From positions 1,748,007 to 1,812,006 of the forward strand of contig CBDEUD010000003.1 of NCBI GenBank assembly GCA_965243115.1: a DNA stretch of 64,000 nucleotides, in the 5' to 3' direction. A program made the translations under genes and the position numbers. Numbering within the stretch: position 1 is the stretch's first letter; every line of letters begins with the position of its first letter. This document shows, one piece after another, positions 27,150 to 38,055 of this stretch. The DNA is from Gammaproteobacteria bacterium (GTDB lineage: Bacteria; Pseudomonadota; Gammaproteobacteria; Eutrophobiales; Eutrophobiaceae). The notes below the pieces were generated by a model. The model was not told where the DNA came from, ran no database searches, and worked only from the letters and a program-made list of their open reading frames with translations.

Positions 27150-30100
27150 GTGAATTTAAAAGAGAAAACATTTCGAGACGGCACCAGTCGCAAAAACAGG
27201 AAGAGTGCGGAACTGGATGTAAATTATGTCAGCATAGAGGAACGCTCAATCGCGGATTTGCTGAGGTTCATTCTCAGGTTTTCCGAACAACTGAAATATT
27301 ACAACAAGGCCAACCAGCCGGACGGAAACTGGAGGTTGTTTTTCGGGGGCGATGCGCTCCCCGGGCGGGCCCGTGACCAGGCCGGGTTGACGGATGCCGA
27401 GCAGACCCGTGTCGATGAAATGGTCGAATACCTGCAGGACCCGCGCCGGTTTGCAGACGACCCGAAGAAACTTGAACAGTACTCGGCTCCTCACCGGGCA
27501 TTGCTGCTGACCTGGTTAAAGCTGCTGGAATATGCCAGGCAGCAATTCAACGGCCTGACCGGCAGGCACCTGGATCATTATTACCGCCGTGTCCTGCAGT
27601 TCAGGGAAAAGCAGGCGGTCCCGGACCGGGTGAACCTGGTGTTCAGGCTTGCCGGCGGGGAAACGGATTACCTGCTGGCGCGGCACTCGCTGCTGGACGG
27701 CGGCCAGGACAGCGCAGGCAATCCCCGCCGTTACTCCCTGGATGATGACATTCTGCTCAACCGCGCGCAGGTGGCCAGGATTAACACGCTGTACGTACAA
27801 CGAAAGATCGTCGATCTGGAATCCATTCACGCTGCCGGCCGCGCCGCGGGCCTTGAGGTAAAATCGGACCAGGATTTTTTCAACATGCTGAAATGGGCCC
27901 TGGGTCACCCGAACCGGGGCGATGAGCTGCCGCTGTATCCGCATAATGATGCTGCGGCGAATGATAGTCCCGTCACTCTTGCCGAGCTGGCCAGGTTTCA
28001 CTCCAGTGTCAAAGGATTGGATTATTCAGCCGCCCTGGCTTCCCACCCGGACACATACGGTTACATCCTGGACCAGCTTGGTTTCAGGCGCCTGGAAGAT
28101 TTCACCTGTGTAATGGAGTTGCACGCAAGACAAAAGGATACCAACCGGTTTAACAGACCTGCCGATGCGGAATGGCAGCAGGCTTACGGCTATATCGAGA
28201 ATGCCTTTCTCAAGCGTCACGTCAGGACAAGACAGGGGTCGCTGAAGGAGATTCATGAAACCGGTGGTTTCATCGCCATGGTCGAATATGCCTGCGCTGG
28301 CGGAACCGGCAACCGGTTACCAGCGTTCATCCATGAGCCGGATGCCGGCAATGAACAGACCCTGGACCAGGTATTGCTGTTGCTGAGGAGTTCCATCCCC
28401 GGGCAGGCAGAGTATGAAAACGCCCGGAATTATGTGGACAGGGAGCTGCGCATGAGCACGGAAGATTTTCTGTTCATGATGGATACGCACAAGTCCGGCT
28501 CAAAGGATGATGCAGGGGCCTGGCAACGTGTTTTTGAGATCGTCGAACAGGCGCAAAGGGTACGGGAAGGCTATTCTCCTTCGTTGCAGGACGTACAGGT
28601 GCAACGCTTGTTTCCAAAAGTGCTGTACGTCCGTGACCACATCGAACTGCCCGACTGTTTCTCAACGTTCGGCGAGGCGAAACCGCTTTCCTCCGGCGTT
28701 GAAGCCGCTGAGAAGTCCCATTGCCTGGGATTTGCCGTCAGTTCTCCGTTGCTGGTGCTGAAACAAGGAAAGCGGGAGATAAACCTGGGTTTCACCTTCA
28801 ATCATCAACTTGACCGGGAGACGGCAGATGCGTTCATGCAAGGCCTGACCCTGGAATTCAGCGGTGGCGCGGACCTGCCCTGGTTTGACGCCGGGCGTGA
28901 TGATATCCGTGTTACAGGTTCAACCGGCGCAGACACCAGGACATTGCAGCTGCAGCTTATGCTGGGAGAATCCGCGCCGGCCATGAACGCACCCGCCAAC
29001 GACGGTTCAACGTTCTCTCCGGTCCAGCCGGTCACTTCGGCGTACCCGGTAATAAGGCTGTCGGTGAAGGAGATAATCGAAGACGGCAGCGCCGGGAACA
29101 ACCTGTATTACCAGCAGCTCAAAGACCTGCAACTGCAACAACTGCGCCTGCAAGTAAACGTGGGCGACGGGATTGGCACAGGTCTGAAAAATCTGGTGCT
29201 GCGCAATGACGAGCGCGTGTTGCATCCCGGCGGCACGCTGGCGCCTTTCGGCGAGGACCCGCATCACCTGGCCGGCTTCTCCATCGCCAATGAGGAAATC
29301 AGCAGCAAGCGCCTGGAGAACATCACTTTTCATATGGAGTGGGTCAACCTCCCGGGCAGTTTCAACTCCTCTTCCGGGCACTACACGGGGTACAAGGATA
29401 ACTATGGCGCGGCTATCGAGGTGGACGATGAGGATTTCCAGGCGGATTTGCAGGTATTCGACAAGCGCATGCTGGGTAATGTAGCTTCGGCAAGATTGTT
29501 CAACGAGGAGACGATTACGGGTACGGACGGTGAGCACACCCGTCTCAATCCGGTGAGCAGCCTGCACTACGAGTTCGACCCTGCAACAAGCGGCTATGCC
29601 AATATCGAGCCGGCGCAGACCGACGCGGGCGATCCGTTAGACTGGGATCGGTATTACGTTCTTGAATTGAGCGGGGAAAACTCCACGTTTCTCAAGGACG
29701 CCTACGTGAGCACACTGCAAAACGCCGGGGACGGACAGCACGTCAACCGGCCTTATGAGCCGCGCATCCGGCGGGTTACGGTGGATTATTCCTGCTCGGG
29801 CACGGTGGATTTTACCGCGTCGGACCCGTCCGCCGCCCCGGTGCAGGTGCTGCAGATACACCCGTTCGGCCAGGTTGATTTACTGAAAACCGATGCTTTG
29901 ACCGACAGCTATGGCGAACCTGCCGGATATCACCTGTTACCCCGGTACAAGGATAACGGCCATTTGTATATAGGCATAGAGGGCCTGGAGGATAAACAGG
30001 AAGTCGCGCTGCTGTTCCAGCTGGCGGCAGGCACGGAAAACTCACAGGTTGCGCCCCCCCGGGTTGGCTGGCGCTACCTGAGCGATGACAGCTGGAAGAA

Positions 30101-31217
30101 GTTCGGGGAGGATGAGCTGTTATCCGATACTACCGGAGGCATGCTGGATACGGGCATCATCCGCTACCATCCCCCGTCGTCACTCGATGCAACGGCGGCG
30201 CACCCCCGGGCCAGCGCGTCAAACCAGCTGTTACCGGACGGATATCACTGGTTCGAGGCGCGGGTGCCGGACCACTCCCATGCTTTCCCGAACGCGATCG
30301 CGATCCTCTCCCAGGCGGCGAGCGCCACGCGCATTATTCAGCCGCCTGATGCGGAATACCGCGGTGAGCCGGCGCCTGCCGAAGCCGTGGCAAAGACGCT
30401 CACGCCGGTCGCGGCCATCGACCGCGTGATGCAGCCGTTCAGTTCATACGGGGGCAAGGGACGAGAGGATAGCGGAGAGTTCGTAAAACGCGTCAGCGAA
30501 AGACTGCGGCACAAGGGGCGGGCGGTTTCAATCTGGGATTACGAACGTCTGGTGCTGGAACGGTTCCCCGGGATCTACCGGGTGAAATGCCTGAACCAGA
30601 CCGCCCTGAAAAACGATCCCGCCGAAGCCAGGGTAAAACTGGTGGTCATTCCGGACCTCCTGAACCGGACGCCGTTTTTCCCGCTGCAGCCCAAGGTCTC
30701 ACAAAAATTGCGCAGGCAGATTGCGGATTACCTGCAGCACAGGGTCTCGCCGTTTGTCAATTTTGAGGTGGTAAATGCCCGCTATGAAGAGATCAGGTAC
30801 CGGGTGACGCTGACATTCACGGAAAAGGAAAACGAAGGTTTCCATATCAGGCGCCTGAACCAGGATATCGTCAACTACCTGTCTCCCTGGGCATATGACA
30901 GCGAGGCGGAGTTGACTTTCGGCGGTTCCGTCCACCGGTCGTCATTGATCCGGTTTATTACCGGCCTGCCTTACGTGGATTTTGTCGGCAGCCTGGAACT
31001 CGTCGATCATTCCCTCATAGACCAGGACAGTGACGGTTTGACCACCAGGCAACTGCTGGCCCCGCTGACCCAGGATTTTGTTGAAACCCGTTTCCCCGAT
31101 TCGATTCTCATTTCGTCGCCAAACCATTACATCGGCCTGGTTACGGAGCAGTTTGAGGCCTTGCAGTTCAGTGGGCTCAGTTATATGGCGCTTGGCGCTG
31201 ATTTCATCATCAGCTGA
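27150..31217 (+). CDS. large baseplate protein (Afp11/Afp12-class)
   Basis: 1355-aa ORF (GTG start) inside the baseplate module. C-terminal region resembles baseplate-J-type proteins. Confidence 0.6.
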   Translation: MNLKEKTFRDGTSRKNRKSAELDVNYVSIEERSIADLLRFILRFSEQLKYYNKANQPDGNWRLFFGGDALPGRARDQAGLTDAEQTRVDEMVEYLQDPRRFADDPKKLEQYSAPHRALLLTWLKLLEYARQQFNGLTGRHLDHYYRRVLQFREKQAVPDRVNLVFRLAGGETDYLLARHSLLDGGQDSAGNPRRYSLDDDILLNRAQVARINTLYVQRKIVDLESIHAAGRAAGLEVKSDQDFFNMLKWALGHPNRGDELPLYPHNDAAANDSPVTLAELARFHSSVKGLDYSAALASHPDTYGYILDQLGFRRLEDFTCVMELHARQKDTNRFNRPADAEWQQAYGYIENAFLKRHVRTRQGSLKEIHETGGFIAMVEYACAGGTGNRLPAFIHEPDAGNEQTLDQVLLLLRSSIPGQAEYENARNYVDRELRMSTEDFLFMMDTHKSGSKDDAGAWQRVFEIVEQAQRVREGYSPSLQDVQVQRLFPKVLYVRDHIELPDCFSTFGEAKPLSSGVEAAEKSHCLGFAVSSPLLVLKQGKREINLGFTFNHQLDRETADAFMQGLTLEFSGGADLPWFDAGRDDIRVTGSTGADTRTLQLQLMLGESAPAMNAPANDGSTFSPVQPVTSAYPVIRLSVKEIIEDGSAGNNLYYQQLKDLQLQQLRLQVNVGDGIGTGLKNLVLRNDERVLHPGGTLAPFGEDPHHLAGFSIANEEISSKRLENITFHMEWVNLPGSFNSSSGHYTGYKDNYGAAIEVDDEDFQADLQVFDKRMLGNVASARLFNEETITGTDGEHTRLNPVSSLHYEFDPATSGYANIEPAQTDAGDPLDWDRYYVLELSGENSTFLKDAYVSTLQNAGDGQHVNRPYEPRIRRVTVDYSCSGTVDFTASDPSAAPVQVLQIHPFGQVDLLKTDALTDSYGEPAGYHLLPRYKDNGHLYIGIEGLEDKQEVALLFQLAAGTENSQVAPPRVGWRYLSDDSWKKFGEDELLSDTTGGMLDTGIIRYHPPSSLDATAAHPRASASNQLLPDGYHWFEARVPDHSHAFPNAIAILSQAASATRIIQPPDAEYRGEPAPAEAVAKTLTPVAAIDRVMQPFSSYGGKGREDSGEFVKRVSERLRHKGRAVSIWDYERLVLERFPGIYRVKCLNQTALKNDPAEARVKLVVIPDLLNRTPFFPLQPKVSQKLRRQIADYLQHRVSPFVNFEVVNARYEEIRYRVTLTFTEKENEGFHIRRLNQDIVNYLSPWAYDSEAELTFGGSVHRSSLIRFITGLPYVDFVGSLELVDHSLIDQDSDGLTTRQLLAPLTQDFVETRFPDSILISSPNHYIGLVTEQFEALQFSGLSYMALGADFIIS

Positions 31218-31322
31218 TCAAAAACCGGCCGGAGTTCAACAAAAATTACGGCGCGCAGGCTGTGCCTCCCGCGCGTTCCGGATGTAATTAAATCAATCGT
31301 TATTTCCCAGGAGTAATGCAAC

Positions 31323-32231
31323 ATGTCCCAACAGAACAGAACCACGTTAAAACACTACTTCAGGACCGGCAGCAGACCGACGCAGGGACAGTTCGCCGAC
31401 CTGATCGACTCATGTCTCAACCTGTCCGACGGCGATCTGTTCGAAGCCGGCGGCAGCCTGGGCCTGGGTCACGACCGGCCGCTTGCGACGTTGTCCGTCA
31501 ACGGCAACCTGAGCGTGTCGCCGAATAATGACGCTGCGCCCGATAACGGCTTGTTCGTTCATGGAAAAGTGGGGTTGGGCGCCGGTTTTGCCGATCCGGC
31601 GGCACAACTGGCCGTGAACGGCGGTGTGTATATCGGTGATACCGCCAATTCCGACCCCGGACCGAACGGCCTGCGGGTTGACGGTGATATAACGTCAGGC
31701 GGCAACCTCACCGTGGCAAACGACAAGCACGTCGCGGCCGACAAGGTGCGGGCACGGGACAACAGCGGGCTGAAATTATCCGAAGCAGGAGGGAAAGGAC
31801 TGAAGATCAATCACAGTTCCGGCGATATGGTAACTGACGGCCACCTGACCATTGCCAACAATAAATGCCTGAAAACGGACAAGGTGCAGGCGCGCGACAA
31901 TGGCGGTCTCAAGCTGGCCAAAAGAGACGGCGGCACTGCCGTGAAAATTCACGACAGCGGTCACTTGTCAATAGGGACCGAGGACAAGTCGGGGGCCTTG
32001 GTGAATGTCGCCGGCGGTTTGCAAGCCAGCGGAATTGTCAGGGCGGAATCCCTGCGACTCAGCGGGGATGTAACGGACACCGCATTTCATGGATCCAAGG
32101 GAGGAACGAAGTATGGAAACTGGATTATTGATGCCCCTGAAGGAAGGGTCGTTTGCGGCATCAAATTCGAGCGTTGGAGGACCAGTAATGACGACAAGGA
32201 TTTCTACAGAATCGCGCTGCGCTACAGGTAG
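31323..32231 (+). CDS. tail fibre protein (Afp13-like)
   Basis: N-terminal TLKHYFRTGSRPTQGQFADLIDSCLN is the conserved myovirus fibre N-terminal motif. Internal repeats of about 40 aa (KVRARDNSGLKLSEAGGKGLKINHS...). Confidence 0.7.
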   Translation: MSQQNRTTLKHYFRTGSRPTQGQFADLIDSCLNLSDGDLFEAGGSLGLGHDRPLATLSVNGNLSVSPNNDAAPDNGLFVHGKVGLGAGFADPAAQLAVNGGVYIGDTANSDPGPNGLRVDGDITSGGNLTVANDKHVAADKVRARDNSGLKLSEAGGKGLKINHSSGDMVTDGHLTIANNKCLKTDKVQARDNGGLKLAKRDGGTAVKIHDSGHLSIGTEDKSGALVNVAGGLQASGIVRAESLRLSGDVTDTAFHGSKGGTKYGNWIIDAPEGRVVCGIKFERWRTSNDDKDFYRIALRYR

Positions 32232-32279
32232 ACCCAAACGGTTGTTGCCGCCAACCACCCCGCGGAAATTGAAAGAATC

Positions 32280-32570
32280 ATGTATCGCCAGATACGGCAA
32301 CGCCTGGCAGAGCTCAACCAGGAACTCGAACAGGGCAATGCCCGGTTGCTGCGCCTGGAGCGGGAGCGGGCGCAACTGAGAGAGACCCTGTTCCGAATCC
32401 AGGGGGCGCTCCTGGCACTCAAAGACCTTGCGGCCGATGGCGGACGGCAGGACCCGGCGGAAACCTCGCCGGAGCAATCGGCTGAACTGTGTATCCCCGT
32501 TGCCGCGGGAGACGAAGCATGCGCAGCTGATATACACCCCCAATCGATCGAGGGAGATTCACATGATTGA
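32280..32570 (+). CDS. small coiled-coil protein, possible fibre assembly factor
   Basis: 96-aa ORF with a heptad-like N-terminus. Weak RBS. Its 3' end overlaps the next gene. Confidence 0.25.
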   Translation: MYRQIRQRLAELNQELEQGNARLLRLERERAQLRETLFRIQGALLALKDLAADGGRQDPAETSPEQSAELCIPVAAGDEACAADIHPQSIEGDSHD

Positions 32571-35004
32571 ACCATTGACCATCACCAATGAACCACTTGA
32601 GCCCGGAACGGACTATGCGCGGCTGCGCGCCGAAGGACAACAGCTCATAGCCGGCCTGGCCGGTCATGTCTGGACCGACTACAATACCACAGACCCCGGC
32701 ATCACCTTGCTGGAGAGCCTTTGTTACGCCATCACCGATCTGAGTTATCGCCTTGGCTTCGAGGTACAGGATTTGCTGGCGTCCGGCCCGGACGCCGGTT
32801 CCCCCGGCAAACAGTTCTTTTCCGCCAGGGAAATCCTGACAATCAACCCGCTGACCGTCCTGGATTACCGTAAGCTGCTGATCGATATAAAAGGTGTAAG
32901 GAACGCCTGGCTGGAAAAGGCGGTGTCTGCCGAAACACCGGTAGTCTATGAACCGGAAACCGCATCGCTGAAGTTTCCCTACCATGCGGCCGCAACCGGT
33001 CAACTGCACGGACTGAATGGTTTATACAGGGTCCTGCTCGAAACGGATGGAAATGAGCAGGATCACCGGCTTGTCGGCAAGGTATGGAAGCGGTTACGAA
33101 AATTCCGCAATGTAGGGGAGGATTTTGCAGAGGTGCGCGTACTCGCCGACGCGCAAGTGACCATCAAGGCGGATCTCGAGGTTGCCCGGAATGCCGATGT
33201 CAACCAGGTTCTTGCCGGCGTCTATGACAGCCTGAACAGGTATCTGTCACCGCGTCCGGCATTCCGCACGCTGCATGACCGGCAGGAGTCAGGCAGCGAA
33301 GTTGAGGAAATCTTCAACGGCCCGCCACTGGATCACGGTTTTCTGGATGATGCAGAACTGCAGGGTTCCCAGCGTAAAACGGAACTCTATACAGCGGATA
33401 TCATTGCTGCCCTGATGCAGGTTGAACGCGTGACCGCAGTCAGGAACGTACTGCTGTCCCAGGGCCGGGAAAGACCCGTAGAGTGGGTGCTGAAACTGCG
33501 GGATCCGCTCAATTCACGTCCGCTATTGAAACCGGTCCAACAGTTTATCTCGGACGCCGACATCACCCTGTACAGCCATGACGGCGCAAACACGGTAGCG
33601 CCCGACGGGAATATCGTGGTAAAGCAAGTGGAACGCCGGCAAATCCGGGAAAGCAAGGAGGCCGACGCCCGGGTAGTGTCTGCGGATCTCAAGGCGCCTG
33701 CGGGAACGCGCAGGAACCTGACCGATTTCGTCTCCATACAGGAAGAATTACCGAGTAACTTCGGGGTCGGCAGGCATGGCCTGACCGGTTCGGCGGGTGC
33801 CCTGCGCCAGGCCCAGGCAAAGCAACTGCAGGCGTACCTGCTGGTGTTCGATCAGCTGCTGGTGAATTACCTGGCGCAACTGGCTAACGCAACGGAGTTG
33901 TTCGCAGTCAGACCGGACCGGGTTGATGCCGCAACGGGCATGCCGGCGCCGACGTATTTTGCCGCCCCGCTGGCGGCGCAGGTGGCTGGGGTCGAAGATA
34001 TCGTTGCAAACCATGATAGCGGCTACCGTACCTGGCTGGATGAACTGGTTTCCGACCCTGAAGTCGATGCCGACCGCATGAACCGGTTCCTGGATCACCT
34101 GCTGGCGCGTCACGGGCAGGACTTTACGCCTGCATCGACGTTGTATCCGGTCCGGGAAACCGGCGCTTCGGGAGAACCGCTGCCGGACGCGGTCAAGGTC
34201 ATTCCGGCAAAACGGCAGTTCCTGCAGGATTACGCAGAGTTGAGCCGGAATCGCGCCAGGGGCTTCGATTACACGGACGGGAATACCTGGGATAGCGGCA
34301 ACGTGTCGGGCCTGGAGAGACGTATCAAGCGGTTGCTGGATATCAGGGATGACAAGCGCAGTACCATTCAGGGTGTCGAAGGGCTGCACATGATCGACCA
34401 TATCCTGTTGCGTCCCGCGCTGCCGAACGGGCATGTTACCTTCCAGGAGGCGGACGTGCCGGACAAGGTCCTGTGCGCCGCCAGGCGCAGGCACGAATTG
34501 CAGGACAATGATGAAGTAGGCTTCATGTATACGCCGGGGGGCAATTACCTGCAGTCCGTGTACACGGTGGAAGTTGTGGATGAATATGACTTTCTGATCA
34601 CGGAAACGTATGTACCGGCGGCGCACCCGGAGCAACCGGAAAGCGGAATCTGGGTGCCGGCATTACAGCGGCGGGACTCCGTGATTTCCTTCTCGAAAGA
34701 TAATCGCCGCCCGCGCTATCCCGACCCGTACTCCTGCCAGGTCAGCTTTATTTTCCCGGCCGCCGGAGCCAGGGCTGCAGCGGTTACCGGCGGGCAACAG
34801 TTTCGCGAGCTGGTGGCTGAAGTGATCAGGAACGAGACGCCGGCGCACATCACGCCGCACCTGTACTGGCTGGAAGATGATATGCTTGAACAGTTTGAGG
34901 TTGATTACCGCGCCTGGCTGGAGGAAAAGGCGGCGCTCCAGACCAACAGCCAGAAAATCCGCACGACAATAGCAGCGAACAAGCTACTCGGCTGGTTGAT
35001 CTGA
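32563..35004 (+). CDS. baseplate protein (baseplate-J/gp6-like, Afp11/12-class)
   Basis: 813 aa from the internal start MIEPLTIT after RBS AGGGAG. EPGTDYARLRAEG...ITLLESLCYAITDL resembles the baseplate-J family motif. Confidence 0.6.
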   Translation: MIEPLTITNEPLEPGTDYARLRAEGQQLIAGLAGHVWTDYNTTDPGITLLESLCYAITDLSYRLGFEVQDLLASGPDAGSPGKQFFSAREILTINPLTVLDYRKLLIDIKGVRNAWLEKAVSAETPVVYEPETASLKFPYHAAATGQLHGLNGLYRVLLETDGNEQDHRLVGKVWKRLRKFRNVGEDFAEVRVLADAQVTIKADLEVARNADVNQVLAGVYDSLNRYLSPRPAFRTLHDRQESGSEVEEIFNGPPLDHGFLDDAELQGSQRKTELYTADIIAALMQVERVTAVRNVLLSQGRERPVEWVLKLRDPLNSRPLLKPVQQFISDADITLYSHDGANTVAPDGNIVVKQVERRQIRESKEADARVVSADLKAPAGTRRNLTDFVSIQEELPSNFGVGRHGLTGSAGALRQAQAKQLQAYLLVFDQLLVNYLAQLANATELFAVRPDRVDAATGMPAPTYFAAPLAAQVAGVEDIVANHDSGYRTWLDELVSDPEVDADRMNRFLDHLLARHGQDFTPASTLYPVRETGASGEPLPDAVKVIPAKRQFLQDYAELSRNRARGFDYTDGNTWDSGNVSGLERRIKRLLDIRDDKRSTIQGVEGLHMIDHILLRPALPNGHVTFQEADVPDKVLCAARRRHELQDNDEVGFMYTPGGNYLQSVYTVEVVDEYDFLITETYVPAAHPEQPESGIWVPALQRRDSVISFSKDNRRPRYPDPYSCQVSFIFPAAGARAAAVTGGQQFRELVAEVIRNETPAHITPHLYWLEDDMLEQFEVDYRAWLEEKAALQTNSQKIRTTIAANKLLGWLI

Positions 35005-35026
35005 CCCGTTTGCAGCGGGTCCGGCC

Positions 35027-36670
35027 ATGCCGCAGCACGTCATCAAACAGCTGACTTTCCGGTTGCATTTCCCGGTGCGTGACCGGGCAGTGCAACTGGA
35101 ACATGAAATTGTCCGTATCTACCACCACAGGATTGAACGGTTGCTGGATGAGTGCTTTGCAAGGCTTGGTGGCGCGGATACGGAGTACCGCATCGAACGT
35201 CTTGAACTGGACCTGGGAAATCTGACGTCGGCAAACCTCGCTGCCGAAATGTCCCGGCGCATCTCGCAGGAACTGGCCAATGTTGCCGACAGCAGCGAGG
35301 TCCGCGCCGCGAAAACTGTCTCGCGGCGGGAAAGGCAGTTTGCGCTGTTCCGCTATTTCATCGAAACCGGCAGCTTGCCCTGGTGGGCAGGGAAGCTCGA
35401 TAGACGGGCGCTGGAACAACTGCTGGAGCAGCTTTGCATCCATAGCCCGGCTGAACTCGGAAGGGTAATGCCGGAATTGTTCAGGGAGGGAGATGCGGCC
35501 AGGCGCCTGGTAAAACAGTTTTCCGACACATGCCTGTCCCGTATCTGCCGGCTGTATCTGCCGGAAAACAAGGTCAGGCTGGCGCTGCTGTGGCTGCGGG
35601 ACGCGCAGGCGTTGTTTGCCGCATTGAACAGGCAGGAAAGCGTACGCAGTAACCGGCCTGCCGTGCGATCACCCGCCGGCGCACCGGTCTCCGGAGCAAT
35701 GCTTCCCGGAGATGAAGATACTTCATCAGCCGCATCGGACCGGCAGGGCAGCGGTTACGTGACCGGCGCCTCGAGGCGTTTGCATTGGCCCGTTCCCGGC
35801 ACGGACAGGTTGCGGGAGCAATACTGGCTGAATGTGTTATCCGGGCTCGTCCGGGGAACAGCCGGCGGGTTCAGCCCCGGGAGCGCGCTGCAGGAGACCC
35901 TGGTCGCGCTCGCGCACGGCAATTATGATGTTTATCGCCGCCTGCTTGCCGGTCTGGCCGAGGCCGCCGCGGCGCCGGGGCAACAGCCGCGCGGGTTCGG
36001 CACTCCTTTGCCGGATCTGCTTCATGAATTGATCACCGGCGCTGCCGCGGCAGCCGCGGAAGAGGGCACGGGAAATATTCCGGGGGCCCGTGCCCGGGAA
36101 AAAACGCCGGGTATTCAGGACGCGGCGTCAACCCGGCGCGCGCCGGCGCGGGACCCGTTCACCGACACGGACGAGGATTATATCCATAATGCCGGCCTGG
36201 TCATCCTCTGGCCGTACCTGCCGGGATTTTTCACCCGCCTGGGACTGGCGGACGGCAACGGCTTCATTGACGATGTTGCGGCTGAGCGCGCGGTGTTATT
36301 GCTGCAATACCTGGTCGCGCCGCATCCGGAAATACCGGAAGCGCTGTTGTCACTGAACAAGCTGCTGTGCGGACTGGAGTCGCAGCGTCCGCTGCCTGCT
36401 GAATATTCACCGACGGAAAGGGAACTGGATGAATGCGATGCGCTGTTCCGGGCGCTGAAGCTTCACTGGAACGTGTTGGCAAACATGTCCGTGGACCGGA
36501 TCAGGACGGACTTCCTGCAACGGGAGGGGATCCTTCGACCCTGCTCGGGGAACTGGCAGTTACGGGTGGAAAACCAGGTGCAGGATATCCTGGTAAAAAA
36601 ACTGCCCTGGCCGATAGGGGTCGTGAAACTGCCGTGGATGGACTATGCGATCCTGGTCCACTGGGGATGA
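35027..36670 (+). CDS. alpha-helical protein, candidate tail-length determinant (Afp14-like)
   Basis: 547 aa, predicted mostly helical. Positioned as Afp14/Pvc14 between the baseplate module and the ATPase. Confidence 0.4.
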   Translation: MPQHVIKQLTFRLHFPVRDRAVQLEHEIVRIYHHRIERLLDECFARLGGADTEYRIERLELDLGNLTSANLAAEMSRRISQELANVADSSEVRAAKTVSRRERQFALFRYFIETGSLPWWAGKLDRRALEQLLEQLCIHSPAELGRVMPELFREGDAARRLVKQFSDTCLSRICRLYLPENKVRLALLWLRDAQALFAALNRQESVRSNRPAVRSPAGAPVSGAMLPGDEDTSSAASDRQGSGYVTGASRRLHWPVPGTDRLREQYWLNVLSGLVRGTAGGFSPGSALQETLVALAHGNYDVYRRLLAGLAEAAAAPGQQPRGFGTPLPDLLHELITGAAAAAAEEGTGNIPGARAREKTPGIQDAASTRRAPARDPFTDTDEDYIHNAGLVILWPYLPGFFTRLGLADGNGFIDDVAAERAVLLLQYLVAPHPEIPEALLSLNKLLCGLESQRPLPAEYSPTERELDECDALFRALKLHWNVLANMSVDRIRTDFLQREGILRPCSGNWQLRVENQVQDILVKKLPWPIGVVKLPWMDYAILVHWG

Positions 36671-36701
36671 TATTCGTACTACTTTAACCAGAGGAATTAC
36701 C

Positions 36702-37988
36702 ATGCACTTAAACGCACCTGACACTTATATCACGGAACAAACGGGTTTGCGCACGCCGGAGTTGTCCGGTTCTGATACTGTTGCCGCATTTGTCGGATAC
36801 ACGGAGACAGGTCCGCTCATGAAGCCGGTCCTGGTCCGCTCGCTCAGGGAATACGAGAAGCTGTTCGGACAGGCGGAAGCAACCCCGTTTGACGTCGTCA
36901 TCAATACCGGCGCAGGGGAGGCTGCCGGCTGTGCCTTGTCTTCCCCGCCCGGGCTTGTTTATTGCATGTATCACAGCATCCGGCTGTATTTTGCCAATGG
37001 CGGCGCTGCATGCCGGGTGGTAGCGGTCGGCTCACACGCCGATGCGATAGATTTCGACCAGCTCCTGGCCGGGATGGAACTGCTGAAAGACGAACAAGTC
37101 GACTTGCTGCTGCCGTCCGATGCAGTTCAGTTGCCCGTTGACCGGTATTACCGTTATTGTCAGGCAATGCTGTCCCAGTGTGCCGGAGCAGGGGATCGTT
37201 TCGCGCTCATAGATCTGCATCATTCGGATACCATATCCAACTTCCGCAGCGGCCTGGGGAACAGCTTCCTGGATTATGGCGCAGCTTATTCTCCCTATCT
37301 GCAGTCGGCGCTGCATTACCGTTACACGGACGCTTCCGTCAGCATCGTCGTTGACGGCGCTGCTCCGGTTACCCTGGCTGATATGACTGTCGATGCCCAT
37401 GTCCAGGGTGTCAGAAGGTTGCTGGGCAAATCCACGGTTACCCTGCCGCCCAGTGCAGCGGTCGCCGGCGTCTATGCGAAAGCGGACCACCAGCGCGGCG
37501 TGTGGAGAGCTGTTTCCGATATCCACCTGCGGGCAGTGACAGGGCCTGTCATCAAATACAGCGGTCTCGACCAGGCGCCCATGAACGTGGATCCCGGGAC
37601 CGGTAAGTCGATCAATGCAATTCGCACATTCAGGGACAGGGGGACCGTGGTATGGGGAGCCCGGACCCTGGACGGCAACAGCGATGAGTGGCGCTACATC
37701 ACTACCAGGCGCTTGTTCCTCAAAATCGAACGTAATTTGAAGCAGATCGCAACGGCGGCGACCGGTGATGCAAATATGTCCCGGTCCTGGAACAGGCTGA
37801 AGACAGCCGTTGCATCCTACCTCGACAATTTATGGAAGGACGGCGCCCTGTCAGGGACAAAGGCAACTGATGCTTACTTCGTCCTGATCGGTCCGGACGC
37901 GGAAGCGTCTCAAACCAGTCTGAATATCAAGGTGGGCGTGGCGGTATTCCGTCCGGCAGAATTCATAACAGTTTCCTTTATTCTCTGA
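36702..37988 (+). CDS. fourth sheath-like paralog (428 aa)
   Basis: Shares sheath hallmarks (AFVGYTE, YHSIRLYFANGGAAC, TLPPSAAVAGVYA, GTVVWGARTLDGNSDEWRYITTRRLF) but is shorter and more divergent. Confidence 0.75.
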   Translation: MHLNAPDTYITEQTGLRTPELSGSDTVAAFVGYTETGPLMKPVLVRSLREYEKLFGQAEATPFDVVINTGAGEAAGCALSSPPGLVYCMYHSIRLYFANGGAACRVVAVGSHADAIDFDQLLAGMELLKDEQVDLLLPSDAVQLPVDRYYRYCQAMLSQCAGAGDRFALIDLHHSDTISNFRSGLGNSFLDYGAAYSPYLQSALHYRYTDASVSIVVDGAAPVTLADMTVDAHVQGVRRLLGKSTVTLPPSAAVAGVYAKADHQRGVWRAVSDIHLRAVTGPVIKYSGLDQAPMNVDPGTGKSINAIRTFRDRGTVVWGARTLDGNSDEWRYITTRRLFLKIERNLKQIATAATGDANMSRSWNRLKTAVASYLDNLWKDGALSGTKATDAYFVLIGPDAEASQTSLNIKVGVAVFRPAEFITVSFIL

Positions 37989-38055
37989 AACCTGGAGACG
38001 GGGTCGCGGTTTCGGCAGTCGAACAGGCTGCGCACCGGAATACCCGGAAACGGCT

